Assembly (NCBI RefSeq): GCF_001194135.2
Contig: NC_068981.1
Coordinates: 194,513,689-194,577,688, forward strand
DNA: 64,000 bases
From: Octopus bimaculoides
Taxonomy: Eukaryota
Reading direction: 5' to 3'
Made by a program: the position numbers and the translations under genes. Below are positions 12,736 through 26,265 of the stretch, one piece after another; positions within the stretch are counted from its first letter, which is position 1, and each line of letters starts with the position of its first letter. The notes beneath the pieces are model-generated. The model saw nothing but the letters and a program-made list of their open reading frames with translations. It did no database searches and was not told the origin of the DNA.

Positions 12736-13669
12736 AAAGACCTCCCTCAACTAATGCAAGTCCAAGATGGATGGTGTGTGCTGGTTAAGTGTCCAAGCAC
12801 AGCCAGATGGTGATGCTGCCTGACTGGCTCCCATTCCACGTAAAAAGCACCTTTCAAGTGTGGTTGTTGCCAGTGCCGCCTGATTGGCTCCCGTGCTGGT
12901 GGCCCGTAAAAAGCACCATTCAAGTCTAACCGATAACAGTACTGCCTGACTGGCCCTCGTGCCGGTGGCACATAAAAAGCACCCACTACACTCTTGGAGT
13001 GGTTGGCATTAGGAAGGGCATCCAGCTGTAGAAACATTGTCAGATCGGATTGGAACCTGGTGCAGCCTTTTGGCTCGCCAACCCTCAGTCAAACCATCCA
13101 ACCCATGCCAACATGGAAAGTGGACATTAAACGATGATGATGATGATGATGACATTATATAAATATATAGACATNNNNNNNNNNNNNNNNNNNNNNNNNN
13201 NNNNNNNNNNNNNNNNNNNNNNNNNNNNNNNNNNNNNNNNNNNNNNNNNNNNNNNNNNNNNNNNNNNNNNNNNNNNNNNNNNNNNNNNNNNNNNNNAGTC
13301 TGTCATACCGGCCATGATGAAATACCACAAGGTATAGAAAATACGTATTCGCCTTTATATATTTATATATTTAATCCTTTATATTGAACACTCAATATTT
13401 CATCTATTCAATAAGACATATTCCATATATTCAATAAGACATTCAATACTTTATTTCATTGTACCATCCATTTTTATATTATATATTGTATATTCCATAT
13501 TCTATATCCCACATTAATTTTACAAGAATATAAATAAAACATAAAAAACATACAGAGTTGGAACTCTTTTAAATAAAATAATACATATATATACACACAC
13601 ACAATTATAAATCAGAGCAAAAGAAAAACAAATTTCTTTGCCAATATGCTGAAAAATAGACTCCCACTC

Positions 13670-14075
13670 ATTCTTTCCTCTTCCTCTCTCTCCCTCCCCA
13701 TCTCCATCACTCCCCTTCCTCTCCACCTCTCTCTCTCCCCTTCCTCTCCATCTCTCTCTCTCTTCCTCTCCACCTCTCTCCTCCTTCCTCCATCTCTCTC
13801 CCCCATCTCTCTCCCCCTTTCTCTCTCTCCCTTCCTCTCCATCTCCGTCCCTTCCTCTCCATCTCTCTCTCTCCCTTTCTCTCTCTCCCTTCCTCTCCAT
13901 TTCTCTCTCTCCCTCCCTTCCTCTCCATCTCTCTCTCCCTTCCTCCCCATCTCTCCTTTCCTCTCCATTTCTCTCTCTCTCTCCCTTTCTCTCCCTATCT
14001 CTCTCCTCCTTCCTCTATCTCTCTCCCCCTTCCATGTTCCTTCCTCTACTTCCCTCTCTCCCTTCCCCATCTCCC
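13670..14075. repeat. Polypyrimidine (CT-rich) low-complexity tract
   Basis: Repeats of ccttcctctccatctctctctc. Similar tracts at 22640-22972 and 51760-52245. Confidence 0.9.
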
Positions 14076-15959
14076 CCCACGCTTTGATGTTACATGTCCC
14101 CCTTTCCCCTACTGTGAACCCTCCCTCCCCTCCGCCTCTACTTTCAGTAGAAGTGAAGGATACTGTTGTTACCGTAGCAACCACAACTGAGTTCCCAGTC
14201 AGTTTGTTCTAATAAATCTTCTCTGCCAGCGACTTTATGGTTCACTTGAATATTTAAGATTCTGTTCAGAGACAGCAGTGAAAGCTGCTGGTTCTTTATT
14301 GCATGTCTTGCAGAATGATGATGGCTTACCATTCCTTTCTGCGTGGAATGTTTCCTAATGAACTCGCTATCGTCCAGCTAATTATACAGCACATTAACCG
14401 CCAAAGGAGACTGGGGAATTTACTTGTTTAACCCCAGGTCAACCTTGATCAAAAGCAGACCGCTAACCAGAAACAGGTCTTTGATCAAAAGACTATCCTG
14501 TCTTTCCTTTTGTGCAGGGAAAACCTCTTGACTGCATAATCCAATTTGGCCTTTGTTTTCAAAGGTAATAGAGTGTGATCTGAAGGGGATATGGTTGCTA
14601 TTTCCAATGACTTTAAGTGGCCATATATTGATTTCCTCATTGTTTTGTGTTTAGAGCTGTGCTTAGGTGTGGTAACATAGGAGAGAGAGATACTGTATGC
14701 ACTTCTTATGTTACTGTTGTTGTTATTTAATTTCTGGTTAGTCCTGATCAGGCAGAGCCATGGCCAATGGCAGGCCATCTATAATGATGATGATGATGAT
14801 GATGGTGATCGTCATCGTCATTTAATGTCTGACTATCCTGCTAGAATGGGTTGGACAGTTTGGTGGGATCCAATGAATTAGAGGACTGTGTCGAGCCCTA
14901 ATGTGTTTTGGCATGGCTTCAACGATTGGATGCCCTTCCCAACATTAACCCTCTTTTATAAATATCTAACTGACCCATATCTTCTTGCACCTCCCCCTCC
15001 TCATCATCACCATTTAACGTCTGTTTTCCATGCTGGCATTGGTTGGACAGTTTGACAGGAGCTGGCCAGCCAGAGACATGCACCAGTCTGCAACTCTGTT
15101 TTGGCTTGCTTTCCATACCTGGATGCCCTTCCTACTTTACAAAATGTATTGAGTGCTTTTTACATGGCACAGGTACTGGATACCTGACACTGGCACAGAT
15201 ACTTTTTACATGACACTAGTTGGCACAGGTGCATTTTACTATGTATTGTCTAAGATCATGTTTCTCAACCATTCTTTGCCTATTGAGCCATTTTGTTCCT
15301 GTTATACTCAAGTGGACCCCCTAGTCATTCGATGTTTAAAGAATCCTATTATATTTTTACAATCAAATGTTATTAGGAATTATATGAAAATAATTTTTTA
15401 AATATTTTGTGTGTATTTTAGAAGTGTAACGAATTTATTGCAGATGAATTTTAACAACAAAATCTGTATGGACTCTTGGTCTAAGATGACTCTTGGTCTA
15501 AGATGACTCTGTCCTTGAAAATTACTATTTGTAAATCTCACAAGGAGAGATATTCAGCAACAGTATTTTGTAGTAAAGATTGTTTGCCAACATAACATGG
15601 CAGTCCTGGTTTAGGACGAATGTTGCTGTAATTTAGCCCCAGTACTGTTGCTGAATATCTCTCATTGTGAGATTTACAAATAGTAATTTTCTAAACTAAT
15701 AACACTTATTTATTTTATTGATTACCTATTAGCTTGTTGTCTTGTTGCATTCAGAGATTAACTTACCAGGTTCAGTTTTTGCCATTAAATCTATGATCTA
15801 TTGATTGATTGATCTCTGTATAAATGGATGCAGGCGTTGCTATGCTGTTAAGATGTTGGCTGTGTAACTACGTGAGTTTGAGTTCAAATTCACTGTATGG
15901 CACCTTAGATAACGGTCATCTACCCCAACCTTAGGCTGAACAGAGTCGTGTGATTGAAC

Positions 15960-16500
15960 TTTGGGACATGGAAACATTGGAGGGACCATTCCATGCTCAC
16001 AGGGTTCTTATGCCTGAGAATATCTTGTATCTTTTTATCAGGCCACCATTTGATCATGCATTGAATATTGCTGTCGTCTTTGAGCTGTTATGTCCTCAGT
16101 TTGCCTTAGCTTGCTTGATTGAATTCAGAATCAAGCTGTTAACATGGTGGAGCGTCTTCTTTCTTCCTGAATGGAGTCTTTGGCTCATCATTGAAATGTA
16201 TCTTTGTTATATCTTTACTATAAGTATTTCCATGGTCATTGCTCTGACGTCGTTACTGGTCGAGGACCCTCTGTCAAAACCTTTAAACATGTCCCCTGTT
16301 TCTCTGGCCAGGCACATAGTTTCTCTGTTGAGCTTTTTGTTAGTCATAAGTCCTTTTATTCTAATAACTTCATTCCTCAAACTGTTGCTCTCTGGAACGC
16401 AGTACCATCATCTTGGTCTATGATATTCAGTTCTTTAAGCTTTCAATTAATTGATATCCTTTGAATTTGTAACTCCCCCCTCCATTCTTTACCTTCTTTT
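15960..16500 (+). mobile_element. CR1/L2/Jockey-group LINE 3' fragment
   Basis: LYYKYFHGHCSD...HSFSV...FYSNNFIPQTVALWNAVP is typical of the RT C-terminal region of this group. Confidence 0.72.
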
Positions 16501-16783
16501 TTATCCCTTATTCTGCAGGGACCTCAAGTCTTGTTTGGGACAAAATCATATTCTGTGTTTTTTTTTTACTTGTTTCACTCATTTGACTGACCATACTGGA
16601 GCTCTGCCTTTAGTCGAACAAATTGACCTCAAGACTTATTCTTTGTAAGCCTAGTATTTATTCTATTGATCTCTTTTGCCAAACTGCTAAGTTACATGAA
16701 CGTAAACACACCAGCATCAGTTGTCAAATGATTGGTGGAGGGACAAACACAAACACACAAACATATATATATANNNNNNNNNN

Positions 16784-17040
16784 TATACATATATACATAT
16801 ATTCATATATACATATATACATATATTCATATATACATATATACATATATTCATATATACATATATACATATATTCATATATACATATATACATATATTC
16901 ATATATACATATATACATATATTCATATATACATATATTCATATATTCATATATACATATATTCATATATTCATATATTCATATATATATATTCATATAT
17001 ACACAATAAATAAATAACAAATATATATTCATATATACAC
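16784..17040. repeat. Higher-order AT repeat (24-bp unit tatacatatatacatatattcata)
   Basis: Direct reading; the ORF track shows an 8-aa period (YIHIYIYS). Confidence 0.85.
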
Positions 17041-17382
17041 AATGGGCTTCTTTCAGTTTCCATCTACCAAATCCACTCACAAGGCTTTGGTCAGCCTGAG
17101 GCTATAGCAGAAGACACTTGCACATGGTGTCATTTGGTTTGTAAGCAAGTTTCTTACCACACAGTTACGCAAGCGCCTATCCCATAAAAAATATTTCCTG
17201 GATGGATGGTAGACCTTAATCAGATGCTTGGTTTAATATCACCACTTGACCTTTAGGTACCTTTAGCAGAGGCCATGCTGCAGCAAGCATTTTAAGCCAA
17301 GTCTTTGGTTTAAGGTTAACTTTTCTTTCTCCTCACCAGACACAGAAAGTCTGTAAAATCATGCTGCCCTTCTTCCTCTTAA

Positions 17383-18073
17383 CCCTTTTGTTACTGTATT
17401 AATTTTGAGATGTTCTGTGTTTCTTTCAATTAATTTTAAATATAACAAAGAATTTAAAAAATAACTTAGTTATCATTCAGCTAGTGTTAGGAACATAAAT
17501 TGTGACTAAGGTTTGGTGGAAGATTTTAATTCAAATCTTATGAAAACAAGACATTTGTACTTCAGAGTCACTTTCAGCCAGGTTGGTATCGAAAGGGTTA
17601 AATTAATCATTTGCCAACCCTTCTATTACAATATTTCTGTTGAGATGCTCTGTATTTCTTTCAATTAATTTTAAATATAACAAAGAATTTAGTAAAATAA
17701 CTTAGTTATCATTAAGCTAGTGTTAGGAACATAAATTGTGACTAACATTTGGTGGAAGATTTTAATTCAAAACTTATGAAAACAAGACATTTGTACTCAG
17801 AGCCAGAGGTGGTTTTAGCTGGGTCAGTATGAAAAGGGTTAAATTAATCATTTGTTAACCCTTTTGTTACCATATTTCTGTTGAGATGCTCTGCGTTTCT
17901 TTCAATTAATTTTAAACATAACAAAGAATTTAGTAAAATAACTAAATTATCATTAAGTTAGTGTAAGGAACATAAATTGTGATTAAGGTTTGGTGGAAGA
18001 TTTTAATTCAAAACTTGTGAAAACAAGACATTTGTACTAAAGAACCAGAGGTGGTTTCAGCCGGGTTGGTATC
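17383..18073 (+). mobile_element. Three tandem piggyBac-type MITE copies
   Basis: TTAA-CCCTTT...AAAGGG-TTAA. Copies at 17383-17597, 17618-17838 and 17859-about 18073 (right TIR missing), joined by attaatcatttg. Confidence 0.8.
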
Positions 18074-21000
18074 ACCTAAAACTTCTCAAGCAATGGAAAC
18101 AAACCCATCACTATTTCTGTCCTGTAAGTCATCACAACAGAAAGATTGTTAATGTTCAGTTATTCTCAGCCACATATTTGCAGGAACATCAACTGCAAGA
18201 AGAAAATAATTACAACAAAATCCTTTTCTCTGACGGAATATATTGAAGTGAAAAAAAAAAAAGAAGACAATTTTCAATAATAAGTCAGTAAATTCTTCCA
18301 AGAATAAACATGCCAGGAACTTCTTGAAAATTCAGCAATAATCTTATAATATCCTTTCGACACATTGTTTTTATATTAATATCTGCAATAAGATCTCTGG
18401 AATCAGTCTTACATATATAATTTAGTTTTCTAAAATCATTGATCAGTAACAAAACCATTCTCTATGGATCTTCAGATGCTAATCTTGGTACCTTGTTTTT
18501 ATTATTATTCATTTTATTACTTTTTCCAAAATTCCAAATTGAATAAAGTTTGCTGCTGTCAATATTATCTATGGATTTTGTCTTTCTTTATTCTGAGAAT
18601 ATGGTAAATATTAAAATTCAATTCCTGTCACTCAGTAAACAATGGAGGAGATTCCAGTCTCAGACAACATGTTACTGCAAGAAAAACAAGCATAATTCCA
18701 GTGCTGTTTCACTTTTGAAATGTTGGATGCAATAATGGTAATTCTTTCAAGGGAGAAAAATGTTGTAGCTGTGTGGTTAAGGCGATAGACTAGAAATTTA
18801 TTGGGGTCTCTCTTCAGAGGTTCAAATCCTATCAGTGATGTTAGTTTTGTGAGGTTTTTTTTGTCGGCACAGGTATGGCTGTGTAGTTGCAACCATGTGG
18901 TTTTGAGTTCAGTTCCACTGTATGGTACCTTGAACAAGTGTTTTCTACCATAGCCCTTGTGAATGAATTTAGTTGACGAAAACTATGTGGAAGCCCTTGA
19001 TATATATATCTGTGTGTGTGTGTGTATGTCTTCATTCCACCACCACTTGATAACCATTATTGGTTTGTTTACATCCCCATAAGGTAGCAATTCATAAAAA
19101 AAGATCGATAAAAAAAAGTGCCAGGCTTACAAAATAAGTTCTGGGGTCGAGTCATTTGACTAAAAGTTCATCAAGACAGTGCCCCAGTATGACCACAGTC
19201 CAATGACTGAAACAAGTAATAAAGAAAAAGAGATAAAACAATGATAATGAATGATAGAACAGAACGCTATCCCATGAGTCCATTATCTTAGCCTCAAAAG
19301 AGTGTCACATGACTGCTTTTCCTGTTTCTCCTGAATTTATTTCCTATCAACTAAATAATTAATTCAGCTTGTTATCAGTTGTTAATGAGATAATTAAATA
19401 TTTTTGTTATTTATTTTTTGCTGTATTCTTTAATGTTTAGATTATGTTTTTCAATTTCTTCTTTTTTCAATAATCTCGTCATTCTTTAATCTCCAGTTTT
19501 TGGCTTCTTTTGATTGTTATTTACGGAGATTTGTTCTTCATCACTTTCATTATCCATGTCATCATCGTCATCATCATCATGATCATGATCATCACTGCTG
19601 TCACCATTATAATCTCTCTTATTTCTATTATCACTATCCTCCTCATTAAGGTGATTTGACTCCCATTAACATGTCAATGATAATGATTTGCTGTATTTTC
19701 TTTGGTTCTCTACACCCTGAGTTCAAATCTCACCAAGGTCAACTTTGCCTTCCATCTTTTCGGGGTCAATCAAAGTACTGAGGTCACTTCTTTCTCTCTC
19801 ACTCCCCACTTCTCTCTCTGGATTGTACCTGTAATTCAAAGCACTGATCTTATTGTTTCATGCTGATTCAGCTTGTCTGTGGGATACTCGGCCACTTATA
19901 TATCAATTTCCCTATTAGGGATTCACTTGGTTGATCATTGAGACTAACAAAGATTGTTAATTATCGTCACTGTCATAATCCTTTCTACTAGAGGCACAAA
20001 GCCTGAAATTTTGAGGGGAGGGGCAAGTTGGTTACATCAACTCCAGTGTTCGACTTGTACTTATTTCATTGACCCCGAAATGAGGAAAGGCAAAGTTGAC
20101 CTCGGCAGAATTTGAACTCAGAATGTAAAGACAGACGAAATACTGATAACCATTTTGCCCAGCATGCTAACAGTTCTGCCAGCGTGTCACCTTAATCATC
20201 AACCTTAATCAGCAACCTTTTGCAGAACCCTAGGGTTCCAGGGAACCCTAATTGAGAAACACTGGGTTAGAGTGTTGGACTCATGATCGCAAGGTTGTGG
20301 TTTTGATTCCTGGACCGGGCTGTGTTGTGTTCTTGAGCAAAACACTTCATTTCACGTTGCTCCAGTCCACTCAGCTGGCAAAAATAATCCTGTGACAAAC
20401 CAGCATCCCGTCCAGGTGAGGGGGTGGTGTATATGCCATGGAAACCAGGAAACCGGCTCTTATGGGCCTGGCATAACTTGAGAAGGAAACATCTTTTTTT
20501 TTTCTATTTATCAGGTCCAAACATTCTAGCTTGTTTCATGTTCAAACTGGCTGCATTCAGCCTCTCACATCTAGCCTATATTTCATTCTAGAAATAAACA
20601 ATCACATCATTGGCATTAGGAAGGGCATCCAGCTGTAGAAACATTGACAGATCAGATTGGAGCCTGGTGCAGCCTTTTGGCTGTCCAGACCTCAGTCAAA
20701 CCGTCTAACCCATGCCAGCATGGAAAACGGATGTTAAACGATGATGATGATCATTATAATTTCAAAGCTACAGGATATCATCATCATCATCATTGTCGTT
20801 TAACATCTGCTTTCCATGCTGGCATGGGTTGAATGGTTTGACTGAGGACTGGTGAGCCAGAAGGCTGCACCAAGCTCAATCTGATCTGGCAAAGATTCCT
20901 AATGCCAACCACTCCGAGAGTGTAATGGGTGCTTTTACGTGCCACCGGCACAAGGGCCAGTCAGGCAGTACTGGCAATGACCACGCTCAAAAGGTGTTTA

Positions 21001-22778
21001 TTACATGCTACCTGCACTGGAGCCAGTCTGGCAGCACTGGCAATGACCACACTCGAATGTTGTTTTTCATGTGCCACCAGCACATGTGCTAGTAAGACGA
21101 CACTGGTAACGACCACGTTCAAATGGTGCTTTTTACATCATGCCACCAGCACGGGAGCCAATCCGTGGACCTGGCAACAATCACGCTCAGATGTGCTTTT
21201 AATGTTCTATTAGCGTGAGCACCTATCAGGTGGTACTGTCATCGGCCATGTCAGCGATTTTGATTTGATTACGTATGATTAATTAAAAACAATGTGAATA
21301 AATAAGCAATATATTTGATAGTAATCTGAATGCTAAAGGGTTAACAGGAGAAATCCTTGCTGCTTACAAAACTAACCCCTTTTCAGAACTTCTCCCATCC
21401 CTCCCTTATTAGAGCTACTGTATTATCACCTGTACACCTCCAACATTAATTAGGTCACCTAGGTAACAGAAACTAGCAACTACTTTCTCATTGAACCAAC
21501 AACTCAGCTGTTTGTGTACTTTCGTTACCAGTTATCCTTCCTGCTGACTTCTTTAGTACACCTGTACCAAGTAATGTCCTGGTTCTCTATCTCTTCACCT
21601 GAAATCTCATTGCATCGTTGAGTTCACACCTTCACATCCAGATGGCACTGCTGTTTATTTTATTGATCTCAGATGGATGTAAAACAAAATTGACCATGAC
21701 AGGATTTGAACTCTGAATGTTCTCAATTAGCATTTTTGGCTTTAACAATATTGTAAAAACCTTGCCAAAACTGACCTTGCCTGTGCTTGTGCCACATAAA
21801 AAGCACTAAGTCCACTCTGCTGAATGGTTGGTGCTAGGAAGAGCATCCAGCTGTAAAAATCCTGCCAAAACAGTCACAGAAGTCTGGTGCAGGCTTCTGC
21901 CTGGCCGGCTCCTGTCAACCCATCCCACCCATGCCAGTGTGGAAGGCGGATGTTAGTTGATCAAGATGATGGTGATGATAACACTGGGATTGATGCAGTC
22001 AACATANNNNNNNNNNNNNNNNNNNNNNNNNNNNNNNNNNNNNNNNNNNNNNNNNNNNNNNNNNNNNNNNNNNNNNNNNNNNNNNNNNNNCTTGCTGGCC
22101 TGGTACCAAAATTTGTAACCATTACCGTCATCATCATCGTCATCATGATGTTTATGAGTGTATAAATTAATTCATTTTCCTACATTCCTGGCAACAATCT
22201 TTATTAATTTCCCCGCAGGTTTTTTCTTAGATACACTTAGGCTTCATGGTGTAGAATATTATTGTTTTTTTTTTTTACATTTTTACACTGTTTAAATCTA
22301 AAGAAGACATATAAAAAAAAGAAAAAACAATGAAAATATAAAGAACATCCCCAGCATTTTAAGTGGCAACATTGTCGCTTTAAAGACTATTGCATGTATA
22401 TTCGATTAAAGAGACCGCAAAATATTGTATTGATCAAAATATAAGACTGGCTTAGAAATAAGAGTTTGGCTGAGTTTGGCTGCTGAATTGTCTTTTATTA
22501 GCATTTCTCGCTTACATTACCAAAAGATGAGCATCAAAAACTTCCTCTCAAGAACTGCCAGATGAATTGCTATCAAAAAGAAAGAAACAAAAAAAAAACA
22601 CACAAGTTTATATATTTCACACACATACACACTCTCTGTCTGTCTGTCTGTCTGACTGTCTTTCTCTCACTCTTTCTTTTTCACTCTTTCTTTCTCTCTC
22701 ACTCTTCCTTCCTTTCTTTCTTTTTCTTTCTTTCTTTCTTTCTCTCTCTTTCTTTCTTTCTCTCTCACTCTTTCTTTC

Positions 22779-22809
<31 letters not shown>

Positions 22810-23680
22810 CTCTCTTTCTTTCTCTCTCACTCTTTCTTTCTTTCTCTTACTCTTTCTTTCTTTCTTTCACTCTTTCTTTCTTTCTTTCTTTCTCTCTCTC
22901 TTTCTCTCTCCCTTTTTTCCTTTCTTTCTTTCTCTCCCACTCTTCTTTCCTTCCTTCCTTCCTTCCTTCCTTTGCCATACGATACGATCTGTGTCTTTAT
23001 ATTTTCAAACAAAGGAATCTAGCACTCCCACTCGAAAATATTGTTCAAAAATATAAGGACACAGATCGTGTCGTATAGCCAGCTGGAGACAATGTCTCCT
23101 GGGGCTAAATTACAGCAACATTCGTCCTAAACTAGGACTGCCATGTTATGTTGGCAAGCAATCTTTAATATTTTGAATTAATCCTGCAGGATCTTGTAGA
23201 GTGTCAAGGTTTCAATGATGCAGTTCTTTATTATTAGAATGACTGTGTAGGTTAGGTGTGAGAGACCAGTTCTAGCCAGTTTGAAAATAAAACAGAATAT
23301 TTGGGCCAAATATGACTGGATTAAATGCTAAAGGTTTAAAACAGGATGTTTTTACCAGAACCAGAGTTGGTCTTAAAAGAGTTAATCTATTTTCATTTGA
23401 CTAAATAGAATAAATTTGTGCAACATGAGGCGAGACAAGGGCAATATGACCTCAGAGGCACAATTGAAATGTTAAAGTTTATTGCTTTTTATCTAAGTTT
23501 CTCGTTTTATTCTTTTTCTAAATATACAAACAAAACTGAGAACTTTAACGAACAGAAACACTTAAACTGCATTTACGGGGGAACATTCAGTCGTCTGTTT
23601 TGTTGGTGGTTGTCAGTGATTATTCTGTTCATGGAGATTTTGGGTGTTTATGTACAGTGCATCATCATTTTAATGTCTAC

Positions 23681-24022
23681 ATGTAAAAAGTGCTGGTGCT
23701 ACATTAAAAGCACTGGTGCTCATGCCATATTAAAAGCACTGGTGCTTGTGCCACATTAAAAGCACCAGTGCTCGTGCCATGTAAAAAACACTGGTGCTCG
23801 TGCCACATTAAAAGCACTGGTGCTGGTGTCACATTAAAAGCACTGGTGTTTGTGCCACATTAAAAGCACTGGTGCTAGTGCCACATTAAAAGCACTGGTG
23901 CAGGTGCCACATTAAAAGCACTGGTGCACATGCCACATTAAAAGCACTGGTGCTCATGCCACATTAAAAGCACTGGTGCTGGTGCCACATTAAAAGCACT
24001 GGTGCTGGTGCCATGTAAAAAG
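23681..24022. repeat. 26-bp tandem array (about 13 units, gcactggtgcNNNtgccacattaaaa)
   Basis: Direct reading; continues into an RTE-tail repeat ending at about 24190. Confidence 0.9.
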
Positions 24023-26044
24023 TACCCAGTTCACTCTGTAAAGGAGTTGGCATTAGGAAGGGCATCCCTCTGTAGAAACCAAGCCAAAACAGACAATGGA
24101 ACCTGGTGTGGTCCCTGGCCTTGCCAGCTCCTGTCAAACCAGCCAACATGGAAAACAGACGTTGAATGATGATGACAATGATGATGATGATTCCATGCTT
24201 GTATGGCAGATGGAATTTGTTGAGGCAGATTTTCCGTGGCTGGATGTCCTTCCTTAACCAAACCTCACCTGTTTCCAAACAAAGTGGTAATACCCCCCTC
24301 CCCCCGCCTCATGGCTAGACATGTTTTCACAGAAGACTGGAAATCAATGACACGTGTCTTGGAGGAGAATTTTCTCCTAGGACTATTTCTGCAGTGGAAG
24401 GTCTTGTCACATTTGAATGCACTTAATCATGACCACCACCGCAAAAAACACACTATTACCCCACATCTATACTGAAATTATTATCAATCTTGTAAATATT
24501 ACATAAATCTGATTCTTTATTGAAAAAGAGTGAGTGGTCATTCAATTAAGTTGGCTGTTTTTATGTATAACATACACACACACACGTGTATGTGTGATGC
24601 ACTTTTGAGAGAGAAATATAACATCACATGATGGCCTTTTGCAATAAAGAACTGTTGCAGACACTTCCCTCAGTATTTATTGAGAAACTTAAGCTGCAAG
24701 CTGGCAGAGTCATCAGCAGACCAGACAGAATGCTTAATGGTATTTTACCCGTCTTTGTGGTCTGAGCTCAGATTCCACCAAAGTCAACATTACCTTCTGT
24801 CATTTTAGGGTTGAAAAAATAGCACCGATCAAACACTTGGGGTCGATGTAATCGGCTTTACCCAGACCCCAAAATAACTGACCTTGTGCCAAAATTTGAG
24901 GCCAGTATTTATTGAGAAACTAACAGCTATTATTCCCCCAAAATTTCGGGCCTTGTGCCTAAAGTAAAAAAGAATATATGTGTATATTTATTAACTGTAT
25001 GATTCATTAGAATCTAGGCACAACAACACAAAAGATGCCAGAAATGCCTGGGCACAATAACATAGGGTTCATGATGAGGTAAAACAACCATGACGATATC
25101 ATGTAGATATGTAAGGACCAGATCCAATTTAAACAGTAGATCCAACACTGGTTCTAGGTGTAGAGACAAGTTTATCTTATTGGTATTTGAGTGCAAATAT
25201 GACATATGTCACTTTTAATAAGTTCCACATATTCCGTGCTGTCAATGTTTTTGTTGTTTACCTATTTCTAGTAGGCTAAAAAACCACATAGAGGTTCTCT
25301 CGTTGGTTTGTGGTATTGCCAATTCTTTGTTATTATGGAATTTGGTTTTTCCTTTTCATTTCTGTTTTTTCTTTGATGATGTTTTTCAAATATTTCTTCA
25401 TGATTTCTTCTAAAAGGTTTCAGCTGAATGTTACATTTTCACAGACTTTCTAGAAAAACCTTGAAATATGTTTATCATGAAATTCCAGATACCCAATAAA
25501 ATAGTGTTTGTTCTTATTGTCATTGCAAAAACTTTATTTTTAGTTCTGTCTGAAGAGCAAATTCTTGTAAAATATCACATGTAGCAATTTTTTTTTTTTT
25601 TCTTCTCAAAATTGGTGTTGTATAGAAAAGAAAGTTTTTCTTTTTCATTCTTCTCTGAAAAAAAAAAAAAACTTTTCCATATTCCAAGATAATATTTCAG
25701 GTGAAAATGTTTACCAAACTTTGGTAATGGTAAAACACTCTATAAACATGAATGTATATGTACTATGCTTGTCTATAATAGTGATTTCGGTATTTGGCAC
25801 AAGGCCAGCAAGTTCAGGTGAGCGGGTAAGTCAATTATATTGACCCCCAGGGCTCAGCTGATACTTATTGTATTGACCCTGAAAGGAAGAAAGGCAAAGT
25901 TGATCTTGACAGGATTTGAACTCAAAATATCAAGACAAACAAATTGCTGCACTTTGTCTGGCGTGCTAACGTTTCTGCCACCTCTCTGCCTTATGCTTGT
26001 CTTTGGTATTAGTTTCAAATTTTGGCACAAGGCCAGCAATTTAA

Positions 26045-26265
26045 CCCTTTCATTACCATATTTCTGTTGAGATGCTCTGTGTTTCTTTCAATTACTTTAA
26101 ACGTAACAAAGAATTTAGTAAAATAACTTAGTTATCATTAAGTTAGTGTTAGGAACATAAATTGTGACTAAGGTTTGGTGGAAGATTTTAATTAAGAACT
26201 TTTGAAAACAAGACATTTGTACTACAGAGCCAGAGGTGGTTTCAGCCAGGTCAGTATCAAAAGGG
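26045..26265 (+). mobile_element. piggyBac-type MITE nested in a SINE
   Basis: TTAA at 26041-26044 and 26266-26269; same interior as the 17.4-18.1 kb array; interrupts the ggcacaaggccagcaat...taag(t)tgatt SINE tail. Confidence 0.8.

Noticed and set aside
23681-24022. CRISPR-like array
   Set aside because: The variable part is only 3 nt, there are no unique spacers or cas genes, the context is eukaryotic, and the unit derives from the RTE tail.
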